From: Obrimoposthia wandeli
Taxonomy: Eukaryota
Assembly (NCBI GenBank): GCA_977020255.1
Contig: CDROCS010001143.1
Coordinates: 124,001 to 188,000, forward strand
Length of the DNA: 64,000 bases
Direction of reading: 5' to 3'
The position numbers and the translations under genes are program-made. Under the pieces are notes generated by a model. That model was not told where the DNA came from. It did not search any database and saw nothing but the letters and a program-made list of their open reading frames with translations. Below, piece after piece: positions 51,990 through 62,704 of the stretch (its first letter is position 1; the number at the start of each line of letters is the position of its first letter).

Positions 51990-52445
51990 ATGTTCACATG
52001 GCACTGCAAAAGTTTTCAAGAATTATCAACGTTGGAATTATATGCCATTTTAAAAGCCCGACAAGACGTATTCGTCATTGAACAAGCTTGTATTTATCCT
52101 GATTTTGATGGCTTAGATCAGCAATGCCTGCATTTATTTGCCACACTAAAAGACAATAGCGATATTATTATTTCCGCTTATTTACGCATTTTACCGCCCG
52201 GTTTACAGTATTCGCAAGCTTCCATGGGCAGAGTGCTAACAACACAAACATCAAGAGGGACAGGGGTAGGTAAAGTATTAGTGCGAAAGGCGATTGATAC
52301 AATACAGAATGAATATCCACAACAACCGATTAAAATTTCAGCACAGCAATACTTACAAGTTTTTTACAGCCGTTTTGGTTTTAAAGCTATTTCAGATATT
52401 TATGATGAAGATGGTATTCCACATATCGGTATGTTATTAAATTAG
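51990..52445 (+). CDS. elaA: ElaA-like GNAT acetyltransferase
   Basis: ELYAIL.AR..VFVIEQ.C.Y.D.DG.D, GRV.T...RG.G.G, ISAQ.YL..FY..FGF, EDGIPHI.M. Confidence 0.9.
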   Translation: MFTWHCKSFQELSTLELYAILKARQDVFVIEQACIYPDFDGLDQQCLHLFATLKDNSDIIISAYLRILPPGLQYSQASMGRVLTTQTSRGTGVGKVLVRKAIDTIQNEYPQQPIKISAQQYLQVFYSRFGFKAISDIYDEDGIPHIGMLLN

Positions 52446-52708
52446 AGTGGCTACGGACCTATAATAAATAAAGTACTGACAAGAGCGCTAATAATATCTA
52501 AGTAGTATTTAAAATTGGTACAGACTAACGGCTAATCAAATATTTTCATATAAAACGCCTGTTTTGTGGACATAGCTAGATTAGGCTATGCTTTAAAAAA
52601 TTTTAAACCAATGAATTTAAAAACAAATATTTATCTTCTTTATTTGAAGGTATATTAACGCTATTAGCATTTTTATCCCCTTTAATATTTTATCAAAAGA
52701 GAACATTC

Positions 52709-53596
52709 GTGGAATTCACTGTCATTGCTGGACGTATTTTTGCTACCATTTTCCCGATGGTGGTGATTGTTTGCCTAGGTTATCTATATGCTCGAAAAAA
52801 GCCGACTAATATGGCAACGGTTAACAATCTCAATATTGATGTTTTCATTCCGGTTCTGATTTTTTCAGTGTTATCGGCTAAATCTTTCGAAATTCTATCA
52901 CTTCAAAACCTCGCCTATGCCAGCGCAATCGTTGTGATAGGCTCAGGGGTTATTCTGTTCCCTCTGTGTAAATTCCTAAAAGTAGATGCTAAAACTTTTA
53001 TACCACCAATGATGTTTAACAACAGTGGTAATTTAGGTTTACCTCTACTATTGCTAGCCTTCGGAGAAAACGCGCTTAATGCTGCTGTGGTGCTGTTTAT
53101 TGTTGAAATGTTCTTACATTTCACTTTAGGTATCTATATTCTAGATAGGAAAACCAACCCGCTTATAGCCTTAAAACTGCCTATGATCTTAGCTACTTTT
53201 GCCGGCTTGTTGTTTTCAAGTTTCAACATTGAATTACCTGAAATTATTAAAGTCCCATTGGAAATGATGGGTAAAATCTGTATTCCACTGATGCTTTTTG
53301 CGTTGGGAGTAAGAATGATTGATATAGATTTTAGTACTTGGAAAGTAGGATTATGGGGGGCTGTTCTGGCACCTGCTAGCGGTATTTTAATTGCGCTACC
53401 GATTGGTTCAATATTGCAATTAAACACTGAACACTTTGCATATCTAATCGTATTTGCAGCGCTGCCGCCTGCTTTACTCAATTATATGATTGCTGAAAAG
53501 TATCAACAACAGCCAGCACAAGTGGCCTCTATTGTTTTAATTGGCAATATATCTAGCTTAGCTATCATGCCACTGGTTTTATATTTCGTTCTGTGA
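52709..53596 (+). CDS. AEC (auxin efflux carrier) family transporter
   Basis: About 10 TM helices, FNNSGNLGLPL, IPLMLFALG, LPPALLNY; GTG start. Confidence 0.88.
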   Translation: MEFTVIAGRIFATIFPMVVIVCLGYLYARKKPTNMATVNNLNIDVFIPVLIFSVLSAKSFEILSLQNLAYASAIVVIGSGVILFPLCKFLKVDAKTFIPPMMFNNSGNLGLPLLLLAFGENALNAAVVLFIVEMFLHFTLGIYILDRKTNPLIALKLPMILATFAGLLFSSFNIELPEIIKVPLEMMGKICIPLMLFALGVRMIDIDFSTWKVGLWGAVLAPASGILIALPIGSILQLNTEHFAYLIVFAALPPALLNYMIAEKYQQQPAQVASIVLIGNISSLAIMPLVLYFVL

Positions 53597-53632
53597 GGTT
53601 TTGGGGTTTCAAAGAATAGTAAACAACGCTTG

Positions 53633-53923
53633 TTAGTCTGCACTTTTAATCAAGGCTATTTTTTTGGTCCGCGGGTATTTCTTAATTTGAGCTTCTCGTT
53701 TACAAGCTTCAGATCTATTCACGCTTTGCTCGAACCACACCATAACAACCGGGCGACGCGCTTGTGTATAGCGCGCTCCCCCTTTTTGTAAACCGTTATG
53801 TTCCTTTACACGGCGTTGGCAATCAGTTGTTACACCAGCATATAAAGTATCATCAGCGCAGCGTAACAAATAAGTAAACCAGGGTTTTAATACCGCTTTG
53901 TCTTCTTTTTTAATAGCTGTCAT
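53633..53923 (-). CDS. GIY-YIG nuclease family protein (YhbQ/UPF0213-like)
   Basis: WFTYLLRCADDTLYAGVTTD..RR..HN, GARYT..RRPV, A.KRE..IK. Confidence 0.88.
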   Translation of the reverse strand: MTAIKKEDKAVLKPWFTYLLRCADDTLYAGVTTDCQRRVKEHNGLQKGGARYTQARRPVVMVWFEQSVNRSEACKREAQIKKYPRTKKIALIKSAD

Positions 53924-54013
53924 TTTCAAACACTTTTCTAAGTGGCTTTAAGTATTTATTAAGCGCTTTTTAAAGTAACTTTTAAAGCAATTTATAAAAA
54001 CACAGTAATTTAT

Positions 54014-55423
54014 TTAGTCTTCTGTTATTAATGGTAAATGCTGTTCGCCAAACCAGCTTAACTGCTTGTGTAAAAGCACCACTTGCCCAACAATAATTAA
54101 AGCAGGCGCTGCCAGTTGTGCTGTTTTTTGCAACCCCACCAGCGTATCGAGAGTTCCGACTAACACTTTTTGATCGACAGCAGTCCCTTTAGAGACAATG
54201 GCTGCCGGCGTATCTGAACTTTGCCCAGCGCCTACCAGTTTTTCACAAATATCTGCTAAATTATGTAAGCCCATATAGAAGACAACAGTTTGATCACCGC
54301 GCACTAATTGCGAATAATCTAGCTCACTACTACGGTTTTTTTGCTGACCTGTCACAAAGGTAACGCTTTGTGCAAAATCTCGGTGCGTTAAGGGAATTCC
54401 GCCATAAGTTGAACATGCACTAGCAGCGGTAATACCTGGAACAACTTGGAAGGGAATCCCGTGCTCATGTAAACTTTGCAACTCTTCTCCACCGCGTCCA
54501 AATATAAACGGATCACCACCTTTCAAACGTACCACTCTGCGACCTTGCTTGGCATGATCGATAAGCATTTGGTTTATGTTTTGCTGGGGAACACTGTGAT
54601 TATCTCTGTTTTTTCCAACAAAAATTAAATCTGCATCGCGACGGCATAACTCCATTATTTCTTTTGACACTAAAGCATCGTACATCACCACATCAGCTTG
54701 TTGCATTAAACGCAATGCTTTAAATGTGAGTAATTCTGGATCTCCAGGGCCTGCGCCCACTAAGTAAACTTCACCTGCAGGTGTATCGCTATTAGCATCT
54801 GTTAGCTTTTCTTCCATCATAGTATAGGCATCTTGCTCACGCCCGGCTAACATCGTTTCAGCGACTTGCCCCTGTAAAATACTTTCCCAGAACTTGCGTC
54901 TTTGGTTAATAGTCTTAAATTTATCTTTTACTCTCTGTCTAAATTTCCCGGCTAATAAAGCAAGATTACTATAACCATTGGGAATCAATGTTTCTAGTTT
55001 TGCCCTTAGCACTCTCACTAACACTGGCGCTTGTCCGCCTGATGAAATCGCAATTACAATAGGGGATCTATCGACAATAGCGGGAAAAACAAAAGTACAA
55101 AGTGCAGGATTATCCACTACATTCACAGGTATATTCAATGCCAATGCATCTTGATAAACGCGTTTATTCAACGCTTCATCATCGGTGGCTGCGGTCACTA
55201 ATAACTTATCTGCCAACAAAGATGGTTGGTATTCGCCTATAATCGCAAGACCGTTATTATCGGCGAGTAACTGGCTAAGCTGTGGGTCAATTTCATGACT
55301 CACCACAGTGACGATTGCTTTGGTACGCACTAACATTCGCGCTTTACGCAGCGCAACTTGGCCGCCGCCAACTAATAACGCATTACGGTTTTCGAGCTTA
55401 AAAAAGAGAGGTAAATAATCCAT
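54014..55423 (-). CDS. cysG: Siroheme synthase
   Basis: MDYLPLF, VGGGQVA.RK, VVDNP, LVGAGPGDPELLT, RLKGGDPFIFGRGGEE. Confidence 0.97.
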   Translation of the reverse strand: MDYLPLFFKLENRNALLVGGGQVALRKARMLVRTKAIVTVVSHEIDPQLSQLLADNNGLAIIGEYQPSLLADKLLVTAATDDEALNKRVYQDALALNIPVNVVDNPALCTFVFPAIVDRSPIVIAISSGGQAPVLVRVLRAKLETLIPNGYSNLALLAGKFRQRVKDKFKTINQRRKFWESILQGQVAETMLAGREQDAYTMMEEKLTDANSDTPAGEVYLVGAGPGDPELLTFKALRLMQQADVVMYDALVSKEIMELCRRDADLIFVGKNRDNHSVPQQNINQMLIDHAKQGRRVVRLKGGDPFIFGRGGEELQSLHEHGIPFQVVPGITAASACSTYGGIPLTHRDFAQSVTFVTGQQKNRSSELDYSQLVRGDQTVVFYMGLHNLADICEKLVGAGQSSDTPAAIVSKGTAVDQKVLVGTLDTLVGLQKTAQLAAPALIIVGQVVLLHKQLSWFGEQHLPLITED

Positions 55424-55614
55424 GGATAGTACACTTATATCTAGATGAATAAAGAATGGTTTAAACTACAATACAGCTATTATGTCAGCCAAGTTATTAA
55501 TTGACGACAACTTTTAATACAAAGTCGCTGGTTGTGAAATACAGGTCGCTTAAAAGATGATTTACTACGTTGGGTTTAACGGTTATTTAGCGTCATCATT
55601 AATCTAAAGATGAA

Positions 55615-55785
55615 TAGCTAGTGTCCATCCAGAAACGAATGTCTACTGCGAACGCCTCACTAACTCAATCTACTCACTACAAGATCTAGTTGTTTGGAAT
55701 AACCAAACGCCCATATCTAGTAGTACGTATCTTGAATCATTGGGACGTTCTCGCGACGACCCCGTTTCAGGATGAGCACTAGCTA
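55615..55785. other. 171-bp rod-like palindromic element (MITE-like or structured RNA)
   Basis: 23-bp terminal inverted repeats (20/23 match) and a central GTTTGG-AATAA-CCAAAC hairpin at the exact midpoint, 55700. Confidence 0.7.
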
Positions 55786-55890
55786 GAGAAATTAATTTTA
55801 CCTTTGTCTGGTAACTATTCATCCCTCTATTCCTATATATCTAAACATCTCTCTAACTATCAAAACTTATCGCCAATCATGCAATACACG

Positions 55891-56514
55891 CTAGATACGA
55901 GTGTGCAAACCACATTCGCGATTATCTAGTGCTTTTGTTGGGTCAAAATAAGCAAACTCATTACTAAGCTGGTGTGCATCCATATATTCTTCTAATGCTT
56001 TTTCTGAACTGTGATACAAAGGTGCAACTTTAATAATGCCATCATTACTGGCAGAGATGACATCTAGCGTATTACGAAATTCAGTTTGCTCTTTTCTAAT
56101 AGCATTTAACCAATAGTCAGGCTGGATTTGTGCAAATGCGCGCCGAAACGGCTCTAACTTCACTTGCTCGGTAAAATCACCATGCAATGGGTCATCAACC
56201 GCAGGTACACCTTGCATTTGTGCATTGCGAAATGCTGTAGTGTGTAAAGGTGTGTAAATCACCATATTTAAATTTAATTGCGCAATTATTTTTTGTGCAT
56301 AACGATAAGTTGCTGAAGTGTTATATCCAGAGTCTATCCACAAAATTGGCAAATCAGCTTTAACTTGCACAGCCATATGTAAAATAGCGACTTCGTATGG
56401 TCGAAAGTTAGTGGTTAGTAGCGGATTTTCAGCACGGCTAAGTGCCCACTCAATGATTTCTTGCTCGCTCTTTTCACTTACTTCTGTATTTAAAGCATTA
56501 AGATCTATAGTCAT
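55891..56514 (-). CDS. cysH: (P)APS reductase, short form without Fe-S cysteines
   Basis: WIDSGY, VKLEPF, IRKEQT..R, KVAPL, C-terminal ECGLH; only one Cys in 207 aa. Confidence 0.88.
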   Translation of the reverse strand: MTIDLNALNTEVSEKSEQEIIEWALSRAENPLLTTNFRPYEVAILHMAVQVKADLPILWIDSGYNTSATYRYAQKIIAQLNLNMVIYTPLHTTAFRNAQMQGVPAVDDPLHGDFTEQVKLEPFRRAFAQIQPDYWLNAIRKEQTEFRNTLDVISASNDGIIKVAPLYHSSEKALEEYMDAHQLSNEFAYFDPTKALDNRECGLHTRI

Positions 56515-56672
56515 TTTTTATCCAGTAATATTATCTAGCACTTTTAAGTTTAATGCTTTGATCGAAAAATAAAGGTAGTCCGAGCGCAGTGACAAAAGAC
56601 TCGCAGCTAAAAGCTCAAAAGAAGTAAAATGTCACCTGATTTTTGAGCTAATATAAAAGAATAAACCGCTAT

Positions 56673-57176
56673 TTAACGCGTATGTGTGGCTTGATAATTA
56701 ACGCTAATTTCAGTAAAAGCACGTGCCAAATCATCACTGAAATTGTCTTGTGTAACTTGATAAGCATTAAAGCCTGAGCGCTGCATATTATCTAAGCGAT
56801 CAAAGCCTACATCCCCAACAGCGCGAATTTCACCTTTAAAGCCGTGACGTGCAATAGTGCGCGCAATACTAAACCCTCTGCCATCACGCAGCACAGGAAA
56901 ATCAATAGCGACCAGTGAAACTTCATTTAACACGCTTGTTAGCTCTGAAATATCATCATCCCCTGTCACTAGTAAGCCTATTGTTTGAGACGCACTATTC
57001 AATAACTCACGATTGGCCATATAAGTAGCCAGAGGATAAATTATTGAAGACTCTTGTTGGTCTATTTTTTGTAACTCGAGCCGAGTATCTTCTTCATTAC
57101 TAGGCAGTGCCTGAGCTTCTAGCAATGTCCAATGATCGACACTTTGTACACCATTAATGAGAAGTGGCATATACAT
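56673..57176 (-). CDS. DUF934 family protein (CysI partner)
   Basis: VAIDFP...DGRGFSIAR..R.GF.GEIRAVGDV..D....MQRSGFNA; overlaps the cysI stop. Confidence 0.88.
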   Translation of the reverse strand: MYMPLLINGVQSVDHWTLLEAQALPSNEEDTRLELQKIDQQESSIIYPLATYMANRELLNSASQTIGLLVTGDDDISELTSVLNEVSLVAIDFPVLRDGRGFSIARTIARHGFKGEIRAVGDVGFDRLDNMQRSGFNAYQVTQDNFSDDLARAFTEISVNYQATHTR

Positions 57177-58815
57177 ACTCCTTAAAAGGTTCTAACCCAA
57201 TTCTTTTTATGACATCTGCAAATTTTTCATCTTCAGTACGATTCTCTACAAACACATGCAAAATTTTCTCTACCGTGTTCGCAACTTCGCTCGCTGAAAT
57301 GGCTTTACCAATCGTTTTACCTAGTGATGCATCTGTTTTAGAGCTACCACCTAACGTAAACTGGTAATAGTTTTCACCTTTTCTATCGACCCCTAAAATC
57401 CCTATATCAGCCACATGGTGATGGCCACAAGCGTTAATACAACCCGACATATTTAACTGTATTTCTCCGAGGTCATAAAGGTAATCTAAGTCGTCAAATT
57501 TGCGGTTTATTTGATCGGCAATCGGTAGCGTTTCTGCATTTGCTAATGCGCAAAACTCATATCCTGGGCAGCAAATCATATCGGTTAGCGTACCGATGTT
57601 TGCACGTGCTAAATTGCCTTGCACCAAAGATTCCCACAATGCATATAAATCAGTAATTTTTACATCACTAAGTACCAAATTTTGATCGTGTGTTGAACGC
57701 ACTTCTGCAAAACTGTATTGCTCTGCTAAATCGGCAATAAGATCCATTTGCCCGTCAGTTGCATCCCCTGGAGGTAGCAACAATGGCTTCAATGAAATAA
57801 CGACAATTCTGTATCCTGCAACTTTGTGCTCAACAGTGTTGCGCTCATACCAAGCTTTAAAGCTGGCATCTTTAGCAAAGTCAGCACTTAAGTCGACATT
57901 TTGTGCAGCACTAGCTTCATATGCTGGCGGTGTAAAGTAGCCTTTAAACTTTTCGATTTCAGCGTTACTTAACAACAAATCTGATTCTTTAGTGAAGTTT
58001 AACCATTCTTCTTCTACCAAAGCAGCCATTTTTTCAATGCCAAACGCTTTAACCAAGATTTTAATACGCGCTTTATACTTGTTATCACGACGTCCATTTA
58101 AGTTATAAACTCTTAAAATTGCGTCTAAATATGAACGAAGGTGTTTAGCTGGTAAAAACTCTTTTATGACTTGGCCAATAATTGGAGTACGTCCTAAGCC
58201 GCCACCGACTAATACTTCAAAGCCAACTTCCCCACCATCGTTAGTAATTAAATGCAAACCAATGTCATGCACTTGGGAAGCCGCTCGATCTTCTGGGCCT
58301 CCTGTTACTGCGATTTTAAATTTACGTGGTAAGTAAGCAAATTCTGGATGAAGCGTAGACCATTGGCGAATAATTTCACAATAAGGACGTGGATCTTCAA
58401 CTTCGCCACTGTGAACACCTGCATAAGGGTCAGTTGTAGTGTTGCGAATACAGTTACCTGAGGTTTGTATCGCATGCATTTGCACTTGTGCTAGTTCTGC
58501 TAAAATATCCGGTACTTCTTCCAGTTTTGGCCAATTGTATTGAATATTTGTCCGGGTTGTAAAATGTGCATAATTGCGGTCATATTTACGCGAAATATCA
58601 GCAAGTTTGTGCAACTGCACTGACGACATTAGCCCATAGGGAATGGCAACTCTTAACATTGGAGCTTGTCGCTGAATATATAAACCATTCATTAATCGAA
58701 GCGCTAAGAACTCATCTTCTGCAAGGGTTCCCGCTAAAAATCTATTGGTTTGATCACGGTATTGCTCAACCCGCTGCTCAACTAATTGTTGGTCGTCATT
58801 GTTATATAAATACAT
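57154..58815 (-). CDS. cysI: Sulfite reductase hemoprotein (Pseudomonas-type CysI)
   Basis: RLMNGLYIQR, QTSGNCIRN, YLPRKFKIA, CCPGYEFC, SGCINACG. Start moved to ATG 58815. Confidence 0.93.
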   Translation of the reverse strand: MYLYNNDDQQLVEQRVEQYRDQTNRFLAGTLAEDEFLALRLMNGLYIQRQAPMLRVAIPYGLMSSVQLHKLADISRKYDRNYAHFTTRTNIQYNWPKLEEVPDILAELAQVQMHAIQTSGNCIRNTTTDPYAGVHSGEVEDPRPYCEIIRQWSTLHPEFAYLPRKFKIAVTGGPEDRAASQVHDIGLHLITNDGGEVGFEVLVGGGLGRTPIIGQVIKEFLPAKHLRSYLDAILRVYNLNGRRDNKYKARIKILVKAFGIEKMAALVEEEWLNFTKESDLLLSNAEIEKFKGYFTPPAYEASAAQNVDLSADFAKDASFKAWYERNTVEHKVAGYRIVVISLKPLLLPPGDATDGQMDLIADLAEQYSFAEVRSTHDQNLVLSDVKITDLYALWESLVQGNLARANIGTLTDMICCPGYEFCALANAETLPIADQINRKFDDLDYLYDLGEIQLNMSGCINACGHHHVADIGILGVDRKGENYYQFTLGGSSKTDASLGKTIGKAISASEVANTVEKILHVFVENRTEDEKFADVIKRIGLEPFKEYVYATSH

Positions 58816-58965
58816 ATTTATACCTTTTAAATGGCGGTTAAAACCACTCTTTTTCAGTTCTTGTCGCAAGTGATTTATTTATCACTTTGCACTGTCTTCA
58901 AATTAGTTAATGTATCAGCACACTCACTAACAACTACTTTTACTTTATGGATATGATCATTCGGT

Positions 58966-59760
58966 TCAAGCGAAAATAAAATATCCACCAATCAACATCA
59001 GCACACTACCCATAATAGGTTGCATCACTGCTGCCGATAACTTTACACCAAAGTGACTGCCCAAAAATACGCCAGGCAGAGACCCTAAAATCAAATACGT
59101 CAACAGCTCTAAATCGACTGTTCCCGTTTGGTAGTGACCCAAACCTGCCACGCCCGTTAAAACCACCGCGTGCACTAAATCTGTTGCTACTACTTCTGGC
59201 ATTTTCATGCGCGGGTAGCAAATAATCAATAATGCAGTTCCCAATGCACCCGCCCCAACAGACGATAGTGTCACCAAACAGCCTAGTGCAAAACCACACA
59301 GTACTGTTATTAATGGTCTGAGCTTAACCAATGTTTCAAAAACATTTAGCTGGTCTTTCTTATTAGTGAAGTTACTGGCGAAACTCACTATTTTTGACCT
59401 AAAGAAAACAGCTAAAGCAGTCATCAGCAAAGTGGTGCCTAGCACTGTATTAATGAGCGCCTCTCTTTGCGTTAAATCAGTTAAATGTTGTAGGTAAGTC
59501 AACATCAACCAACTGCCAGGTAAACTGCCTAATAGCATCAGTACTACTATTTTATAATTTATTAACTGGTGTCTATAGTAATTAACGACACCGCCGCATT
59601 TCGTAATGGCGGCATATAATAAATCGGTACTTACCGCGGTTATCAACGGCACTTGAAACACTACAATGAGTAGTGGTGTCATCAGTGCCCCTCCGCCTAT
59701 ACCTGTTAAACCGACCAATACACCTACGACAAACCCAGCCAGTATAAAATACGCATCCAT
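58966..59760 (-). CDS. TauE/SafE (TSUP) family sulfite exporter / sulfur-oxyanion transporter
   Basis: GLTGIGGGALMTP, AVSTDL, VTLSSVGAGA, VATDLVHAV. Confidence 0.9.
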   Translation of the reverse strand: MDAYFILAGFVVGVLVGLTGIGGGALMTPLLIVVFQVPLITAVSTDLLYAAITKCGGVVNYYRHQLINYKIVVLMLLGSLPGSWLMLTYLQHLTDLTQREALINTVLGTTLLMTALAVFFRSKIVSFASNFTNKKDQLNVFETLVKLRPLITVLCGFALGCLVTLSSVGAGALGTALLIICYPRMKMPEVVATDLVHAVVLTGVAGLGHYQTGTVDLELLTYLILGSLPGVFLGSHFGVKLSAAVMQPIMGSVLMLIGGYFIFA

Positions 59761-60008
59761 AACGCTACTTCATGTAAGAACAATTGCAGCAGCTTAAATT
59801 AACTTAGATATAACTCAAAATACTTTTTAATGCTTTTATTATTCCATAAAGTAATTAGAAGTTTTTCACACTCCAATTAATTACTTTGAATCATCATATA
59901 ACCAAAAGATATATTAAAATTCTTTTTTATTCTTTTATATTATAATTATATTTTGCCATACTTTTCGATAGCAACACACCATCACCGAACAACAAACTAG
60001 GAAAGACA

Positions 60009-60923
60009 ATGGCCGTATCGACCAAGAAACTGACACATCTAAAACAATTAGAAGCAGAAAGTATTCAAATCTTTCGCGAAGTCGCGGCCGAGTTTAACAA
60101 CCCTGTCATGTTATATTCTGTCGGTAAGGATTCAGCAGTAATGCTGCATTTAGCGCGTAAAGCTTTCTTCCCTGGAACTCCCCCGTTTCCGCTTTTACAC
60201 GTAGATACCACTTGGAAGTTCAAGGAGATGATTGCATTTCGTGACCAAATGGCGAAGCAGTCAGGCATGGAATTGTTAGTGCATGTCAACCAAGATGGTG
60301 TGGATATGGATATCAGCCCTTTTACGCATGGATCTAGTAAACATACTGATGTCATGAAAACCCAAGGGTTAAAGCAAGCATTAAATAAATATAAATTTGA
60401 TGCCGCTTTTGGCGGCGCGCGTCGCGATGAAGAAAAATCTCGCGCTAAGGAAAGGATTTTTTCATTTAGAGATCCTAATCATCGCTGGGACCCTAAAAAT
60501 CAGCGCCCTGAACTTTGGAATATTTTTAATACCAAGGTTGAGAAAGATGAAAGCATTCGGGTATTTCCACTCTCTAATTGGACTGAACTCGATATTTGGC
60601 AATACATCTACCTTGAGAGCATTCCCATTGTGCCACTGTACCTTTCAGCACCAAGACCTGTTGTTGAGCGGGACGGCATGACCATAATGGTTGATGACGA
60701 GCGCTTACCTTTAAAACTAGGGGAAGTACCGCAGATCAAAAACATAAGATTTAGAACATTAGGCTGTTACCCCTTAACCGGTGCAGTGGAATCTAAGGCA
60801 ACTAACCTGCAACAGATCATTCAAGAAATGCTATTGACCAAAACGTCTGAACGACAAGGTCGCGCCATTGATCATGACGACGCAGGCTCGATGGAACTTA
60901 AGAAAATGGAAGGTTACTTTTAA
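60009..60923 (+). CDS. cysD: Sulfate adenylyltransferase subunit 2
   Basis: [45 protein letters not shown]. Confidence 0.98.
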   Translation: MAVSTKKLTHLKQLEAESIQIFREVAAEFNNPVMLYSVGKDSAVMLHLARKAFFPGTPPFPLLHVDTTWKFKEMIAFRDQMAKQSGMELLVHVNQDGVDMDISPFTHGSSKHTDVMKTQGLKQALNKYKFDAAFGGARRDEEKSRAKERIFSFRDPNHRWDPKNQRPELWNIFNTKVEKDESIRVFPLSNWTELDIWQYIYLESIPIVPLYLSAPRPVVERDGMTIMVDDERLPLKLGEVPQIKNIRFRTLGCYPLTGAVESKATNLQQIIQEMLLTKTSERQGRAIDHDDAGSMELKKMEGYF

Positions 60924-61008
60924 GCGCTATGCATTAGCAGCTTTTAACCCCTATATTTCAACCATCTACTATTGTCATTTATCCTGTCATTAAAGGTTTG
61001 GGTCTAAC

Positions 61009-62700
61009 ATGAGTCATCAGTCAGCATTAATTAATAAAGATATAGAAAGCTACTTACATTCACACGAAAACAAAGAGCTATTAAGGTTTCTCACTTGCGG
61101 CAGCGTCGACGATGGAAAATCAACCTTAATAGGTAGGCTATTGCACGATTCAAAGATGATTTATGAAGATCAGCTAGCGGCAATCAAACAAGTTAACGCA
61201 AAAGTTGGCAATGCTGGAGATGAGTTAGATTTGGCGTTGTTAGTAGATGGCTTGCAAGCAGAGCGTGAACAAGGCATTACTATTGATGTTGCCTATCGTT
61301 ATTTCTCTACAGAAAAAAGAAAGTTCATCATTGCAGATACTCCAGGTCATGAGCAGTACACGCGTAACATGGCAACGGGGGCTTCAAACTGTGATTTGGC
61401 AATCATTCTTATTGACGCAAGATATGGCGTGCAAGAACAAACCAAACGCCATAGCTTCATCACCACTAAATTAGGTATTGCCCATACCATCGTTGCCATT
61501 AACAAAATGGACTTGGTTAATTTTGATGAACAGCGCTTCACCGAGATTAAACAAGAATACCTAGAGTTCGCTAAAGCGCTTAATCCAGCAGGTCTACAAT
61601 TCATCCCTATGTCAGCCCTTAAAGGGGATAATGTGGTTGATGAATCCACCAAAATGCCTTGGTACCAAGGGAAAACACTGCTAGATACATTAGAGACCGT
61701 TGAGCTGAGTTCAAATTATAACTTTGAAAAACTGCGTTTCCCGGTCCAGTATGTGAATAGGCCCAATTTAGATTTTCGCGGTTATTGTGGCACTGTCACT
61801 TCCGGCATCGTCAAAAAAGGCGATGAAATAACCGTATTACCTTCAGGGAAAAAATCAAAGATTGCTTCTATTGTTACTTTTGATGGAGAGCTTGAAGAAG
61901 CTTTCCCACCTATGTCCGTCACTTTAACACTTGAAGATGATATTGATATCTCACGCAGTGATGTTATTACACACAGCAAAGATAACATTCAAACCAGTGA
62001 CAAAATTCGAGCCTCTTTAGTGTGGATGTCAGAAACTGCGTTAAACATAGGTCAAACTTATGACATTAAACTATTAACGGGAAGAGTGGCGGGCGCTATT
62101 ACCAATATAGTACATAAAACTGATATCAATACACTAGCTCATATTGCAGATTACAAACTCGCTTTAAATGAAACCGCACTGTGCGAAATACAATTTGAAC
62201 GCCCTATTCTTGCAGACGCATATCGTCAATTACCAGCAACCGGCTCATTCATTATTATTGATAGGTTTAGTAATGCAACCATTGCAGCGGGTATGATTGA
62301 ATCTGCAATACAACACAAAAGTGCACTGGATAAAATCGTTGCACAATCACAGTTCACTCATGTGCAAAAAGCACAGCGCTTTGGACAAAATCCTAGCATA
62401 ATTTCTTTTAAAGCGGATAACCTGCAAAATATTGCCAAAGCTATTTATTCATTAGAGTGCAAATTAATTAACGCAGGCAGAGCAGTAGCAACACTTACCC
62501 AATCGTCGATTAAACATAGTAAGTCAGCTATTAGCATCTCAGATGCCGCTAGTGTGTTAATAGAATCAGGCTTAATTGTTTTGTGTGAAGATGCTGCTAA
62601 TTTACGCAGTGATGTTTGTTTTGATTTATCTGATGAACAGATAGATACACAAAAAATAGACATGCTGTTAAAAGCACTTACTGATCAGAATATTATTTAA
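61009..62700 (+). CDS. cysN: Sulfate adenylyltransferase subunit 1 with decayed C-terminal APS-kinase-like tail
   Basis: [48 protein letters not shown]. Confidence 0.96.
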   Translation: MSHQSALINKDIESYLHSHENKELLRFLTCGSVDDGKSTLIGRLLHDSKMIYEDQLAAIKQVNAKVGNAGDELDLALLVDGLQAEREQGITIDVAYRYFSTEKRKFIIADTPGHEQYTRNMATGASNCDLAIILIDARYGVQEQTKRHSFITTKLGIAHTIVAINKMDLVNFDEQRFTEIKQEYLEFAKALNPAGLQFIPMSALKGDNVVDESTKMPWYQGKTLLDTLETVELSSNYNFEKLRFPVQYVNRPNLDFRGYCGTVTSGIVKKGDEITVLPSGKKSKIASIVTFDGELEEAFPPMSVTLTLEDDIDISRSDVITHSKDNIQTSDKIRASLVWMSETALNIGQTYDIKLLTGRVAGAITNIVHKTDINTLAHIADYKLALNETALCEIQFERPILADAYRQLPATGSFIIIDRFSNATIAAGMIESAIQHKSALDKIVAQSQFTHVQKAQRFGQNPSIISFKADNLQNIAKAIYSLECKLINAGRAVATLTQSSIKHSKSAISISDAASVLIESGLIVLCEDAANLRSDVCFDLSDEQIDTQKIDMLLKALTDQNII

Positions 62701-62704
62701 ACGC

